A stretch of 64,000 bases of DNA, from positions 3,182 through 67,181 of the forward strand of contig DIXO01000050.1 of the NCBI GenBank assembly GCA_002428735.1, written 5' to 3'. The stretch comes from Syntrophaceae bacterium UBA6078 (lineage in GTDB: Bacteria; Desulfobacterota; Syntrophia; Syntrophales; UBA2210). Within the stretch, counting starts at the first letter, position 1, and the number at the start of each line of letters is the position of its first letter. The translations under genes were made by a program, and so were the position numbers. Positions 9,645-19,898 of the stretch are shown piece after piece. The notes under the pieces are model-generated. The model did no database searches, was not told the DNA's origin, and saw only the letters and a list, made by a program, of their open reading frames with translations.

Positions 9645-10220
9645 CTAAAACTTGACCGCCGGGGTAGCCTGGGCGGATTCGGGAACCTCGAAGAACTCCG
9701 CCTTCGTAAAACCGAACATCCCCGCCAGCAGATTGGCCGGGAAGGTTCTGATCCTGACATTGTACGCTCTCACCGTCTCATTGTAGCGTCTCCTTTCGAC
9801 GGCAATGCGGTTCTCCGTGCCGGCCAGTTCATCCTGAAGCCTGATGAAGTTCTGGTCCGACTTGATATCGGGGTAGCGCTCCACGGTGACGAGCAGCCTG
9901 CTCAGTGCACTGGTGAGCTCCTGGTTCGCCTCGATCTTCTCGGGGATGCTCTTCGCCCCGCCCACCTTGGCCCGGGCCTCGGTGACGCCGATGAAGACCT
10001 GCCGTTCCTGCTGGGCGAATCCCTTCACCGTCTCGACGAGATTGGGGATCAGGTCGTAGCGCCTCTGCAACTGGTTTTCCACCTGGGCCCATGCCGCCTT
10101 TACCCCCTCGTCGAGGGTGACAAAGGTGTTGTACGTCCCCTTGATGCCGGAATAGAACATCAACAGGACAACCACGATCACCCCCACGGCGATCAAAAGA
10201 TTCCTCTTGCCTTTCGTCAT
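9645..10220 (-). CDS. LemA family protein
   Basis: Single N-terminal TM helix plus a conserved LemA core (AWAQVENQLQRRYDLIPNLVETVKG...ENRIAVERRRYNE). GGGAGGAG lies 7 nt before the ATG at 10220; ATG 10226 is an alternative start. Confidence 0.85.
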   Translation of the reverse strand: MTKGKRNLLIAVGVIVVVLLMFYSGIKGTYNTFVTLDEGVKAAWAQVENQLQRRYDLIPNLVETVKGFAQQERQVFIGVTEARAKVGGAKSIPEKIEANQELTSALSRLLVTVERYPDIKSDQNFIRLQDELAGTENRIAVERRRYNETVRAYNVRIRTFPANLLAGMFGFTKAEFFEVPESAQATPAVKF

Positions 10221-10335
10221 CTCCATACTCCTCCCTGGCAACCTAAAATTGAGTGTGTATTATTTCCGTCTGGAACTGAAATTCAGTAGCACACCATGTC
10301 CCGTGTGGCGAGGACCGGTCCCTCAAGAAATCCCG

Positions 10336-11058
10336 TTATTCCAGTTCATCCACCACTCCCCGCAATCTTCTTACCTCCGCCAGATACGCCATAAAAATAT
10401 CCTGCGTCTCAGAGGGCGGGACTTTACCCCCTTCCTTCATGTCCAGGCACCGCATGAAGACGCCCGCGTCAACGGGATACTCGCGGGCGAGCGCCTCCAC
10501 AACCTCCCGCCGGGAAAAAGGAATTTCCCGGCCCTTGAGATAGAGAAGCCCCCCAAAGATGGATATAAGAGCTGTTATCGACTCCCCTATCAGGTCCCTC
10601 AGCCTTCGGGGTCTTCCCTCAGTCTCCAGAAATCGCTCCCTCAGAAGGAGGAGCTTACCCATGATCTCGCGTTCACATTGGAGCCGCAGGTGACACGGCT
10701 CGAATGAGAGGTCTCGCAGTACATCCTCACCGTACGCGAGAACATACCCTTTCTGCATGTTGAGAAATTCAAGCGGATACGAATCAAGGGAGGATGCAAT
10801 GTAGGGCCGTGTCATAAACAGCGGGGTGGCCACGCCTTTTTTGCGCCATCGGGAAACCGGTTTCAGCGCTCTGTCCAGGTGGTCGATGGCCTCCTCGGAT
10901 AAGACAATCAGGAAATTGAGATCTGATTTTCCCGGCCGGTAATCTTTCCCCGCTCCGCTGCCGTAGAGAATGACCGATACGAGACCGTCGCCGTAGATTT
11001 CCCTGTAATCATGGGTAATATCGGAAAATATCTCTTCCGGTTTCTCTATTTTTGCCAT
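10336..11058 (-). CDS. Nucleotidyltransferase-domain protein (minimal NTase fold + helical C-terminal domain)
   Basis: GS motif and acidic pair region LYGSGAGKDYRPGKSDLNFLIV, where the second carboxylate position is Asn. GGAGGAAG lies 8 nt upstream of the ATG at 11058. The gene sits between the TPM and LemA genes. Confidence 0.55.
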   Translation of the reverse strand: MAKIEKPEEIFSDITHDYREIYGDGLVSVILYGSGAGKDYRPGKSDLNFLIVLSEEAIDHLDRALKPVSRWRKKGVATPLFMTRPYIASSLDSYPLEFLNMQKGYVLAYGEDVLRDLSFEPCHLRLQCEREIMGKLLLLRERFLETEGRPRRLRDLIGESITALISIFGGLLYLKGREIPFSRREVVEALAREYPVDAGVFMRCLDMKEGGKVPPSETQDIFMAYLAEVRRLRGVVDELE

Positions 11059-11091
11059 GGTTCTCACTTCCTCCACTATTCTGAAACAGGG

Positions 11092-11853
11092 TTAAAATCC
11101 CCGCCCGGCGCCACCTCCCCCGCTCATGCCGCCGCCGAAACCACCGAAACCACCGCCACCGAAACCACCAAACCCACCCCCCCTGCCGCCCCCCATGAGG
11201 AGCATGAGAAATATAAAAGGGAGGAGCCGTCTGCCCTGTCTGGTCCCCAGGAGCAGGAACATGACAATCAGAAACATGACCAGGGAGAGAACACTTCCGC
11301 CACTGTTCTGTGGCGGCTGAGGCTGCCGGCGCGTCTGCGCCACCCCCGTCAGTTCAACGCCGGCTTCTTTGGCGATCACCGACGAAACGACGGCCATGGC
11401 GCTCGAAAGACCTTTATCGTAATCACCTGCCTTCAGATGGGGAATCACGTACCGGTCCAGAATCTCTCCCACCAGTCCGTCGGGAAGAATCCCCTCAACG
11501 CCGTATCCCGTTTCGATCCGGACCCTTCGCTCACTCACGGCAAGGAATATGAGGACCCCTTTGTCCTCCCCCTTCGCGCCGATCCCCCACGCCTCATACA
11601 GCCGGTTCGCGTAATCGTCGGGATCGTCCCCGCCGACATCCTTCACGGTGGCCACCACGACCGACGTTCCCGTCTTTGCAAGAACCTCCCGGGCCAGAGA
11701 TTCCATGGCCTGGGTGTTCCGCGGCGAGATGACTGCCGCAAAATCGTTGATTGCGCCCGTCGGTCTCGGGAAATCCCCGCTTCCGTACACACACGTGGCG
11801 ATCAGAAGCGCTGCCACTACCGCGGTGAATACGATTCCTGTCCCTTTCTTCAC
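11092..11853 (-). CDS. TPM (YgcG-like) domain protein with Gly-rich C-terminal tail
   Basis: N-terminal signal/TM segment, a TPM-type domain (INDFAAVISP...GVLIFLAVSERRVRIETGYG), a C-terminal TM helix and the tail GGGRGGGFGGFGGGGFGGFGGG. LemA/TPM pairing is a known gene neighbourhood. Confidence 0.75.
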   Translation of the reverse strand: MKKGTGIVFTAVVAALLIATCVYGSGDFPRPTGAINDFAAVISPRNTQAMESLAREVLAKTGTSVVVATVKDVGGDDPDDYANRLYEAWGIGAKGEDKGVLIFLAVSERRVRIETGYGVEGILPDGLVGEILDRYVIPHLKAGDYDKGLSSAMAVVSSVIAKEAGVELTGVAQTRRQPQPPQNSGGSVLSLVMFLIVMFLLLGTRQGRRLLPFIFLMLLMGGGRGGGFGGFGGGGFGGFGGGMSGGGGAGRGF

Positions 11854-11953
11854 ATCAGTTTCCTTTGTCAGCGCTGCGGATGTCCTTTTGTGCCATAACT
11901 GAGGATCACACGCAACCCTTTTTCACGGGCCGTTTTTGGACTGGTTTTTGGAC

Positions 11954-11982
11954 TTGACATCAACCGTAAAGTACTATAGTAA
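11954..11982 (+). promoter_or_regulatory. sigma70-like promoter candidate for rpsT
   Basis: TTGACA (11954-11959) followed by TATAGT after 15 nt, or TAGTAA after 17 nt. It lies about 40 nt upstream of the rpsT start. Confidence 0.4.
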
Positions 11983-12018
11983 ATGCACCTTCAAAACTGC
12001 GCCAGGGAGGAGTTATTT

Positions 12019-12282
12019 TTGGCAAACCACAAATCCGCGGAAAAAAGGGCCCGTCAGGGTGAGAAAAGACGAATGAGAAATGCCTCGGCGCGATCCCGTG
12101 TCAAGACGGCCGTCAAGGCGACGCTCAAGTCCGTTGAAGAAAAAGATAGTGAGAAGTCCAGAGCGGTCCTGCTTGACACAACGAAGACGATAGCAAAGGC
12201 GGCCGCGAAGGGTATATTCCACAGGAACACCGCCGCCCGCAAGATATCACGGCTGGCAAAGAAGGTAAACGCTCTGGGCTAG
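12019..12282 (+). CDS. rpsT: 30S ribosomal protein S20
   Basis: (M)ANHKSAEKRARQGEKRRMRN is the canonical S20 N-terminus. I chose the TTG start at 12019 because GGGAGGAG lies 7 nt upstream; the tracked ORF's upstream ATG would add a non-conserved extension. Confidence 0.9.
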   Translation: MANHKSAEKRARQGEKRRMRNASARSRVKTAVKATLKSVEEKDSEKSRAVLLDTTKTIAKAAAKGIFHRNTAARKISRLAKKVNALG

Positions 12283-12284
12283 TG

Positions 12285-12800
12285 TCAGAATCCCGACATC
12301 ATGTTCCGATAGGCCTTGTCGGCCATATCAACCGACAGTTTCTTGAGAGCGTCTTCTTTGTTGGTGGCGGTTGTGGTAGTGCTGGCCGCCACCGTATAGG
12401 CCTGGCTCCCCGTGAGGCCGCTGTCCATCCAGATAATCTCGCCGTTGTCTGTCCTCTTGAATAGTAACTCCAGGGTCATGTAGACACGATCTTCTTTTGC
12501 CACGTCAGCGCTGCTGTAGGCAAGATGGCCCGTGGTGATGCTCGCTATCCTTCCCGTCAGCGATACATCAGCCTCGCCCACGCTCGCAACGGGCGTGAAT
12601 CTGCTCCCTCTCCTGAACCGGCTGAAAAAGGCGTTCCTCACATAGTTTTCGACATTCGCTTCGCTCGTGCTGTTGGATATCGCCCCTATGAACACCTTCT
12701 GCAGGGTGGCATCAATGTGCTCGCCGCCCGGCGCAAAATGATACCCGCATCCCGCGCAGGCAAGTATCATTACAACCGATATGATCCATGCAGCTTTCAT
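12285..12800 (-). CDS. lptE: LPS-assembly lipoprotein LptE-like
   Basis: 171-aa lipoprotein (signal peptide + ILACAGC lipobox) immediately downstream of leuS, which is the conserved leuS-lptE arrangement in Proteobacteria. The sequence-level call is from size, context and beta-rich composition only. Confidence 0.6.
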   Translation of the reverse strand: MKAAWIISVVMILACAGCGYHFAPGGEHIDATLQKVFIGAISNSTSEANVENYVRNAFFSRFRRGSRFTPVASVGEADVSLTGRIASITTGHLAYSSADVAKEDRVYMTLELLFKRTDNGEIIWMDSGLTGSQAYTVAASTTTTATNKEDALKKLSVDMADKAYRNMMSGF

Positions 12801-12869
12801 GAGAAACTCCTTCTCTCAACGGGATATCCGTCCCATGCAGACCTGCCGTTGCCATAGTCGGAATTCCGG

Positions 12870-15455
12870 TTACTGTTTGACGACAATGTTGACCAGTTTT
12901 TTCGGGACGTAAATCTCCTTGATTACCTGCCTGTCCCCGACAAACTGTCTGATCTTCTGGTCATTGAGGGCGAGCCCCTTGATCGTTTCGTCGGATTCGG
13001 ACGCGGCGACCTGAATCCTGCTCCGCACCTTCCCGTTGACCTGAACAACGATGGTAATTTCTTCCTCCGCGGCAACCGTAGCGTCAAATGAAGGCCAGGG
13101 GGCCTCTGAAAGCCGCTGCTTCCCGCCGATCATTCCCCACAGTTCTTCCGTTATGTGCGGAACGATGGGCGCGAGAAGGATGATGACATTCTCAACCGTT
13201 TCCCGTATCACGGAGAGGAATTTCGCGTCCTCCGCCTCCGGGCGTCGCGTCTGGTAGAGGGCGTTCACCAGTTCCATCACCGCGCTGATCGCTGTGTTGA
13301 AGTGGAAGCGCTCCTCGATATCGATCGTCACCTTCTTGATGGTCTGGTGCGTTTTCTTTCGCAAGATCTTGATGTCGCCGTCGAGTTCCTCCCTGCCGTC
13401 GAAAGGAGCCACATTTTGTATGTCATCGAGATACTCCATAACGATACGCCACACCCGGCCAAGGAAGCGAAAGGAACCATCAACCCCCTGGTCGCTCCAT
13501 TCCAGATCCCTCTCGGGGGGCGCCGCGAAGAGACAGAACATCCGCGCCGTGTCCGCGCCGTACTCGTCGATGATATAGTTGGGATCGACCACGTTCTTCA
13601 ACGATTTGGACATCTTTTCCGTCTTGCCGATCGTCACCTCGCGGTCGCAGCGCACGCATTTCCCGTTTCTCACCTCTTCGGGGAAGAGATACCCATGCTC
13701 CCGGCACCGCGCCGTCTCCTTGCAGACCATCCCCTGGGTCAGCAGGTTGGTGAAGGGTTCGTCCACGCCGAGGACGCCGAAATCCCGGAGCATCTTCGTA
13801 TAAAACCGCGCGTACAGGAGGTGCATGATCGCGTGCTCAATCCCGCCGATGTACTGATCAACGGGGAGCCAGTAGTCCACCTTCTGCCGGTCGAGCCCCG
13901 GCTTGCTGTCATGGTGCGCTGAGCAGAACCGGGCGAAGTACCACGAAGACTCGACAAAGGTGTCCATGGTGTCCGTCTCGCGCCTGGCCGGCCCCCCGCA
14001 GTTTGGGCAGGAAACATTCACGAAGGAGGCAACCCGTGCAAGGGGAGATTCCCCCTCTCCCGTCAATGCCACGTCCGTGGGGAGGATAACGGGAAGATCC
14101 GCTTCCGGCACGGGGACAACTCCGCATTTCTCGCAGGTGATCATGGGGATGGGCGCCCCCCAGTAGCGCTGCCGTGATATCCCCCAGTCGCGGAGGCGGT
14201 ACTCGATCGTCTTTCTCCCTCTTCCGATCGATTCGAGATATTCCGCAATATCCTCAAGGGCCTGCAGGTTCTTCATACCGTCGAATCTGCCCGAATTGAC
14301 GAGGATCCCCTCGTCCACATAGGCCTCGGTCATCGTCGCCGCGTCCAGCGGATTCTCGGGATTCTGAATGACCACGATTTTCTGGAGTCCGTATTTCTCG
14401 GCGAATTCGAAATCGCGCTGATCGTGGGTGGGAACGGCCATGACACAACCTGTCCCATAATCAGCCAGAACGAAATTCGCGGCGTAGATCGGCATCCGCT
14501 TATTGGTCACCGGGTTGAGGCAGTAGGCGTCGAGAAAAACACCTTCTTTTTCATAGTAATCGGAGGTCCGCATCATCCGGTCCTGCTTCTTGACCCGCTC
14601 GACGAAGTCACGGACATCCTGTTCAACGGATTTTCCCGCCGCGAGTTTCATCACCAGCGGATGCTCTGCCGCAATGAGCATGAAGGTGGCACCGAATATC
14701 GTATCCTGCCGTGTGGTAAAGACCTTGATCACGTCATCGGAATCGGCCATGGGGAAGACGAGCTCACACCCGTGACTCTTGCCGATCCAGTTTCGCTGCA
14801 TGGTGAGGACGCGCTCCGGCCAGCCGGGCAGCTTATCGCAATAATCCAGGAGTTCCTCCACGTAGGCGGTAATGCGGAAAAACCACTGATCGAAGTATTG
14901 TTCAGTGACTTCGCTGCCGCACCGCCAGCAGAGTCCCGCCTCCACCTGCTCGTTCGCCAGAACCGTCTTGCAGGCGGGGCACCAGTTGACGGAACCTCCC
15001 TTCTTATAGGCAAGGCCCTTCTCGTACATCCAGAGGAAAAAGAGCTGCTCCCACCGGTAATACGCCGGTTCGCAGGTGGATAACTCCCGGTTCCAGTCGT
15101 AGCTGAATCCCATCCGCTTGAGCTGCTTCTTCATGGAATCGATATTCTCATTGGTCCACTTCGCCGGGGGGATTCCGTGCTGGATGGCGGCGTTCTCCGC
15201 CGGCATGCCGAAGGAATCCCATCCGATGGGATGGAGGACGTTATATCCCCGCATCTTCTTGTACCGCGCGACCACATCGCCGATGGTATAGTTTCTCACG
15301 TGCCCCATATGAATCCGTCCGGAAGGATAGGGAAACATCTCGAGGAGGTAATATTTCTTCTTCGTCCCGTCCTCATCCACGGCGAAGGTCTGTTCACGCT
15401 CCCAGAGCTTCTGCCATTTCTCCTCTATCTTCGACGGGTTATACTTTCTCTGCAT
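12870..15455 (-). CDS. leuS: Leucine--tRNA ligase
   Basis: 861 aa, with a HIGH-type motif (HMGHVRNY), KMSKS (EKMSKSLKN) and a CP1 editing-domain region. Collinear with bacterial LeuS. Confidence 0.97.
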   Translation of the reverse strand: MQRKYNPSKIEEKWQKLWEREQTFAVDEDGTKKKYYLLEMFPYPSGRIHMGHVRNYTIGDVVARYKKMRGYNVLHPIGWDSFGMPAENAAIQHGIPPAKWTNENIDSMKKQLKRMGFSYDWNRELSTCEPAYYRWEQLFFLWMYEKGLAYKKGGSVNWCPACKTVLANEQVEAGLCWRCGSEVTEQYFDQWFFRITAYVEELLDYCDKLPGWPERVLTMQRNWIGKSHGCELVFPMADSDDVIKVFTTRQDTIFGATFMLIAAEHPLVMKLAAGKSVEQDVRDFVERVKKQDRMMRTSDYYEKEGVFLDAYCLNPVTNKRMPIYAANFVLADYGTGCVMAVPTHDQRDFEFAEKYGLQKIVVIQNPENPLDAATMTEAYVDEGILVNSGRFDGMKNLQALEDIAEYLESIGRGRKTIEYRLRDWGISRQRYWGAPIPMITCEKCGVVPVPEADLPVILPTDVALTGEGESPLARVASFVNVSCPNCGGPARRETDTMDTFVESSWYFARFCSAHHDSKPGLDRQKVDYWLPVDQYIGGIEHAIMHLLYARFYTKMLRDFGVLGVDEPFTNLLTQGMVCKETARCREHGYLFPEEVRNGKCVRCDREVTIGKTEKMSKSLKNVVDPNYIIDEYGADTARMFCLFAAPPERDLEWSDQGVDGSFRFLGRVWRIVMEYLDDIQNVAPFDGREELDGDIKILRKKTHQTIKKVTIDIEERFHFNTAISAVMELVNALYQTRRPEAEDAKFLSVIRETVENVIILLAPIVPHITEELWGMIGGKQRLSEAPWPSFDATVAAEEEITIVVQVNGKVRSRIQVAASESDETIKGLALNDQKIRQFVGDRQVIKEIYVPKKLVNIVVKQ

Positions 15456-15545
15456 GCCGTACTCCCTTACGCAATGTGGAAGGAACCTCTAGCATGTCTC
15501 GATGATTCTTTCAATCCCATTTTTCCAACTATTCACGCCCCTTCC

Positions 15546-15574
15546 TTGACATCCGGAGATGCGATAAATATATT
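15546..15574 (+). promoter_or_regulatory. Near-consensus sigma70 promoter upstream of the gmhA-like/grpE/dnaK genes
   Basis: TTGACA (15546-15551), a 17-nt spacer, then TATATT (15569-15574). It lies about 30 nt upstream of the GTG start at 15605. Confidence 0.55.
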
Positions 15575-15604
15575 ACGAGGCAAGACGGAAACAGTGGAGA
15601 GAGA

Positions 15605-16198
15605 GTGGAAGATATTGAAGATATAATCATTCGTTCGTTTCGGGAAAGCAGCCGGGTGAAAGAGGTTTTCGCCAACGAAAATCTCTCACGTCTTGTAAGG
15701 GTTGTCGATGTCATTACGAATTCCCTGAACGGGGGACACAAGGTTCTCCTCTTTGGAAACGGGGGGAGCGCCGCCGATGCACAGCACCTTGCGGCTGAAT
15801 TCGTCAACCGGTTCCTGATTGAACGGCCGCCCCTCCCGGCGATTGCCCTGACCACGGATACTTCCGTAATAACGAGCATCGCCAATGACTATGATTTTTC
15901 AGAGATATTTTCCAAACAGATACGGGCTATCGGGCGCGAAGGAGACGTGGCCTGGGGGATCAGCACCAGCGGTTCTTCGCCGAACGTGCTGAAGGCATTT
16001 CAGGCAGCGGCAAAGATCGGGATGACCACGATCGCCTTTACGGGCAGGGACGGAGGCAAGACGGCGGGCATGGTGGATATATGCCTCAACGTTACTTCCG
16101 GCAGCACGCCCCGCATCCAGGAGGCGCACATTACGGCGGGGCACGTTATCTGCGAAATGGTTGACTACCGGCTTTTCAAGAAACCGGGGAAAGAATAA
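15605..16198 (+). CDS. gmhA: SIS-domain phosphoheptose isomerase family protein (GmhA/DiaA-like)
   Basis: LLFGNGGSAADAQHLAAEF..PAIALTTDTSVITSIANDY..GDVAWGISTSGSSPNV..RIQEAHITAGHVICE match the GmhA/DiaA family. GTG start. Confidence 0.8.
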   Translation: MEDIEDIIIRSFRESSRVKEVFANENLSRLVRVVDVITNSLNGGHKVLLFGNGGSAADAQHLAAEFVNRFLIERPPLPAIALTTDTSVITSIANDYDFSEIFSKQIRAIGREGDVAWGISTSGSSPNVLKAFQAAAKIGMTTIAFTGRDGGKTAGMVDICLNVTSGSTPRIQEAHITAGHVICEMVDYRLFKKPGKE

Positions 16199-16215
16199 GG
16201 GATACACGGGAGATC

Positions 16216-16791
16216 ATGGTAGACGGAACGAGCGAAGACAGGAACCAGCATCACGATGAACAGGACGGCGGTGAAAAGCGGGAGACCGCTCACGCCAAAT
16301 CGGCTTCGAAAAGGGATCTGGCGGCACGCCTGGAAAAGGCCGAGAAAGAGGCTGCCGAAAACTACGACCGGTATCTGCGCGCCGTCGCCGAACTGGAAAA
16401 TTACAAGAAACGCTCTGTTCGCGAGAAGGCTGACACGATCCGATACGGCACTGAGAATCTGCTCCGGGATATCCTGCCCCTCATGGACAGCATTGACCGG
16501 GCGATGGTTCATGCCTGCAATTCCGATGATTTCGAAGCCTTCCGCAAAGGGCTCGATATGCTGCGACAGCAACTGATAAGCTGTTTGGCAAAACACGGCG
16601 TCGAGCAGATAGAGGCGGTGGGCAAGGAATTCGATCCAAACTTTCATGAGGCGATGATGCAGGTGGAAGGGGAGAAAGAACGGCACAACACGGTTGCTGA
16701 AGAATTTGAAACGGGATACCTCTTGAATGGCAGGCTGCTCCGGCCATCAAAGGTATCCGTCCTGAAACATACAGATACAGAGAAACTTTAA
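16216..16791 (+). CDS. grpE: Nucleotide exchange factor GrpE
   Basis: YLRAVAELENYKKRSVRE and the C-terminal beta-domain FDPNFHEAMMQVE...GYLLNGRLLRPSKV are GrpE signatures. The gene is directly upstream of dnaK. Confidence 0.93.
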   Translation: MVDGTSEDRNQHHDEQDGGEKRETAHAKSASKRDLAARLEKAEKEAAENYDRYLRAVAELENYKKRSVREKADTIRYGTENLLRDILPLMDSIDRAMVHACNSDDFEAFRKGLDMLRQQLISCLAKHGVEQIEAVGKEFDPNFHEAMMQVEGEKERHNTVAEEFETGYLLNGRLLRPSKVSVLKHTDTEKL

Positions 16792-16814
16792 TTAACTGAG
16801 GAGGACTCATTACA

Positions 16815-18731
16815 ATGGGAAAGATTATAGGAATCGATCTGGGAACGACAAACTCGTGCGTTGCCGTTATGGAGGGGAACGACCCGGTCGTCATAGCAAA
16901 CCAGGAGGGGAACCGCACCACGCCGTCGGTAATCGCCTTCACTGAAGGCGGTGAACGCCTGGTCGGTCAGGCCGCCAGGCGGCAAGCCATCACCAACCCG
17001 GAGAATACCGTCTACGCGGTCAAGAGGTTGATCGGGCGTAAATTCTCGTCGAAAGAGGTCCAGTACGACATCACCATCAGCCCCTTCAAGATTACGGAGG
17101 CGAAGAACGGCGATGCCCAGGTGACCGTCAGAGGGAAGAACTACAGCACGCCGGAGATATCCTCCATGGTGCTCACCAAGATGAAGCAGACCGCCGAAGA
17201 CTACCTGGGAGAAAAGATGACCGACGCGGTTATCACGGTTCCCGCATACTTCAACGACTCGCAGCGGCAGGCGACGAAGGACGCCGGAAAGATTGCGGGA
17301 CTCAACGTCCTGCGTATCATCAACGAACCGACAGCCGCGGCCCTTGCCTACGGTCTCGACAAGAAAAACGACGAGAAGATCGCCGTCTTCGATCTTGGCG
17401 GCGGGACATTCGATATATCCATCCTGGAACTGGGGGGAGGCGTCTTCGAGGTGAAGTCGACCAACGGCGACACCCACCTGGGAGGAGAGGACTTCGACCA
17501 GAAACTGATCGACTATATCGCCGACGAGTTCAAGAAGGACCAGGGGATCGACCTGAGAAAAGACAAAATGGCCCTCCAGCGTATCAAGGAGGCAGCGGAG
17601 AAGGCGAAGATGGAACTCTCCACTTCCATGGAGACCGACATCAATCTCCCCTTCGTCACAGCCGACGCGTCGGGCCCCAAACATCTCAATATGAAACTGA
17701 CGCGGGCCAAACTGGAAATGCTCGTCTCCGATCTGATCGACAAACTCGAGGGACCCTGCAAAGTGGCACTGAAGGATTCCGGGCTGAAGGCGTCGGATAT
17801 CGGGGAAGTAGTCCTCGTCGGCGGGATGACCCGGATGCCGCGGGTACAGCAGAAGGTCAAGGAGATCTTCGGCAAGGAACCCCACAAAGGGGTTAATCCC
17901 GATGAGGTTGTCGCCATCGGAGCCGCCATCCAGGGTGGCGTCCTGGCCGGCGATGTCAAGGATGTCCTCCTCCTCGATGTGACTCCGCTCTCCCTCGGAA
18001 TCGAGACACTGGGAGGGGTCATGACGAAGCTGATCGAGAAGAACGCCACCATCCCGACGAAAAAGAGCCAGATATTCTCCACGGCAGCGGATAATCAGCC
18101 GGCGGTGAGCATCCACGTTCTCCAGGGGGAGCGCTCCATGGCTGCGGACAACCGAACACTGGGGAGATTCGAACTGACCGGTATTCCGCCTGCGCCACGC
18201 GGCCTGCCCCAGATCGAGGTCACCTTCGATATCGACGCCAACGGGATCGTTCACGTATCGGCGAAAGACCTCGGCACGGGGAAAGAGCAGAGCATCAAGA
18301 TCACCGCGTCGAGCGGCCTCTCCGAGGAAGAGATCGACAAACTGGTCAAGGATGCAGAGGCCCACGGCGAAGAAGATAAGAAGAAGAAAGAACTGATCGA
18401 ACTGAAGAATCAGGCCGACTCGATGATATACAGCACCGAGAAAAACCTGAAAGAAATGGGAGATCAGATAGACGCCAATCAGAAATCCCGGATAGAAGAC
18501 TCAATCGCCAAACTCAAGAAGGCCATGGAGGGGGATGATATCGACGCCATAAAGGCTGCTCAGGAAGAAGCGACTCAGGCATCGCACAAACTGGCGGAGG
18601 CCATGTACGCGAAGGCGACCGCCAAGGAACAGGCTGCTGCCGGGGGCGCTTCTGAAGAAGCCACCCCGAGCGGATCGGCAAAGGCCGACGATGACGTGGT
18701 CGATGCCGATTTTGAAGAGGTCGATAAATAG
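16815..18731 (+). CDS. dnaK: Molecular chaperone DnaK (Hsp70)
   Basis: [23 protein letters not shown] and [10 protein letters not shown] motifs. 638 aa, full-length Hsp70. Confidence 0.98.
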   Translation: MGKIIGIDLGTTNSCVAVMEGNDPVVIANQEGNRTTPSVIAFTEGGERLVGQAARRQAITNPENTVYAVKRLIGRKFSSKEVQYDITISPFKITEAKNGDAQVTVRGKNYSTPEISSMVLTKMKQTAEDYLGEKMTDAVITVPAYFNDSQRQATKDAGKIAGLNVLRIINEPTAAALAYGLDKKNDEKIAVFDLGGGTFDISILELGGGVFEVKSTNGDTHLGGEDFDQKLIDYIADEFKKDQGIDLRKDKMALQRIKEAAEKAKMELSTSMETDINLPFVTADASGPKHLNMKLTRAKLEMLVSDLIDKLEGPCKVALKDSGLKASDIGEVVLVGGMTRMPRVQQKVKEIFGKEPHKGVNPDEVVAIGAAIQGGVLAGDVKDVLLLDVTPLSLGIETLGGVMTKLIEKNATIPTKKSQIFSTAADNQPAVSIHVLQGERSMAADNRTLGRFELTGIPPAPRGLPQIEVTFDIDANGIVHVSAKDLGTGKEQSIKITASSGLSEEEIDKLVKDAEAHGEEDKKKKELIELKNQADSMIYSTEKNLKEMGDQIDANQKSRIEDSIAKLKKAMEGDDIDAIKAAQEEATQASHKLAEAMYAKATAKEQAAAGGASEEATPSGSAKADDDVVDADFEEVDK

Positions 18732-18756
18732 TTAACCGTCATTTTCTGCCAGAGAC

Positions 18757-18784
18757 ATGCCTCGGGGAAAAAATCCCGGGGCAT
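18757..18784 (+). terminator. Hairpin downstream of dnaK (possible terminator, no U-tail)
   Basis: ATGCCTCGGG / CCCGGGGCAT form a 10-bp stem (one G-U pair) with an 8-nt loop, 25 nt after the dnaK stop. No T-run follows. Confidence 0.35.
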
Positions 18785-18974
18785 GCCTTCCGGGTTCCGG
18801 CTTGACGCCAATCCGTTCTTTGTCATCCCTTATCCGGCCAGCACATCCCTCCTCACAGACAATATCCTCGTAACAGCTACTCACATCCCATGTCTCCCCA
18901 TCCTCTTTTCAGAACAGCCGGTTCCGGGTTTGTGCTCCGCGTCAGAGAAATCACCCTTCAAAGGAGAATAAGAC

Positions 18975-19442
18975 ATGAAGAATAAGAAACTTGAGAGTCT
19001 CATAGACATTGCAATCGACAGAGAGATACAGGCCTGCAACTTTTATAAGGATTTGGCGGAGAGGTCCGGAGATCAAGCCGTCAAAGACACCCTGATCTTT
19101 CTCGCGGGAGAGGAACAGAAGCACCGGGAATTTCTGGAAGGGTACCGCTCGGGCCTCTACGAATCTGAATCATTACGCCTCGCGGATGTCGTCGATTACA
19201 AGATAGCGGAGCACCTGGAGGAACCGGATCCGACGAAAGACATGAACAGCGCTGAGATGTATCTTGTCGCGGCGCATCGGGAACTTCAGTCCTACCATTT
19301 TTACCGGGCCCTCGCCGATTTGCATCCGGACAGCGAGGCCAGGACAATGCTCCTCAGGATAGCCAACGAGGAGATGAAACATAAGGAAAAGGTGGAATAC
19401 CTGTACAGCAATACCGCCTTCCCGCAGACAGCGGGCGGCTGA
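18975..19442 (+). CDS. Rubrerythrin/ferritin-like di-iron four-helix-bundle protein
   Basis: Two ExxH motifs (EEQKHREF, EEMKHKEK) are each preceded by a helix with a conserved Glu (REIQACNFYKDLAE, HRELQSYHFYRALA). 155 aa, with AAGGAG upstream. Confidence 0.7.
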   Translation: MKNKKLESLIDIAIDREIQACNFYKDLAERSGDQAVKDTLIFLAGEEQKHREFLEGYRSGLYESESLRLADVVDYKIAEHLEEPDPTKDMNSAEMYLVAAHRELQSYHFYRALADLHPDSEARTMLLRIANEEMKHKEKVEYLYSNTAFPQTAGG

Positions 19443-19485
19443 GAAAACCCACGAAGCACTGCACCCACAGAGAAAAGGAGACCCT

Positions 19486-19860
19486 ATGTCCAATAAAGAA
19501 TCGATATTACAAAAGTATATCATCTGTCTTTTTCTCATCATTCCCGTCCTTTTGTGGTTCCCTGACGCTGCCCAAGCACACGGCCCAAACGATGTGGCAC
19601 TGGCATACAATGCAGATTCTCAGACACTGAACGTTACGATCTCCCATGCGGTATCAGACCCCCGGAGGCACTATGTCAGTACGGTAACCATCACCAAAAA
19701 CGGAGAAGCTGTCGCAGCCCATGAATACACCAGCCAGCCGGAGTCCGCGTCTTTCACGTATACCTATCCCTTAGAGGTAAAGACAGGGGATGTGGTGGAG
19801 GTCAAGGCAGGTTGCAGTTATTACGGATCAAAGACAGAAAAGCTTGCCATCGGCAAATAG
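19486..19860 (+). CDS. Secreted small beta-rich protein; mature N-terminal His; SOR-like His/Cys pattern (uncharacterised)
   Basis: AAGGAG RBS. The signal peptide has an AQA|HG cleavage site, so the mature protein starts with His. The pattern HGP..LNVTISHAV..RRHYVSTVTI..GCSYYG loosely parallels superoxide reductase iron ligands. Confidence 0.55.
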   Translation: MSNKESILQKYIICLFLIIPVLLWFPDAAQAHGPNDVALAYNADSQTLNVTISHAVSDPRRHYVSTVTITKNGEAVAAHEYTSQPESASFTYTYPLEVKTGDVVEVKAGCSYYGSKTEKLAIGK

Positions 19861-19898
19861 TACCTGTTGTACGCTGAAGATACAAAGGAGCGTTTTGC

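Noticed and set aside
12282-12285. rpsT and lptE converge with stop codons only 2 nt apart (no room for terminators)
   Set aside because: It is real in the sequence, but convergent tight packing is common. No structure or regulatory element could be supported.
15456-15604. Search for CIRCE (TTAGCACTC-N9-GAGTGCTAA) or sigma32-type promoters upstream of gmhA-grpE-dnaK, and also upstream of groES at 55693-55867
   Set aside because: No acceptable match by eye in either region. Only a sigma70-like promoter was found at 15546-15574. The partial TTGAAT/TTGGCA strings upstream of groES do not have correct partner elements or spacing.
16788-18365. 525-aa ORF antisense to dnaK
   Set aside because: It lies entirely within, and opposite to, an unmistakable Hsp70 gene. 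Long antisense ORFs are expected by chance in GC-rich genes with codon bias and are a well-known artefact opposite hsp70. Its translation is low-complexity (R/G/D/L-rich) with no motif.
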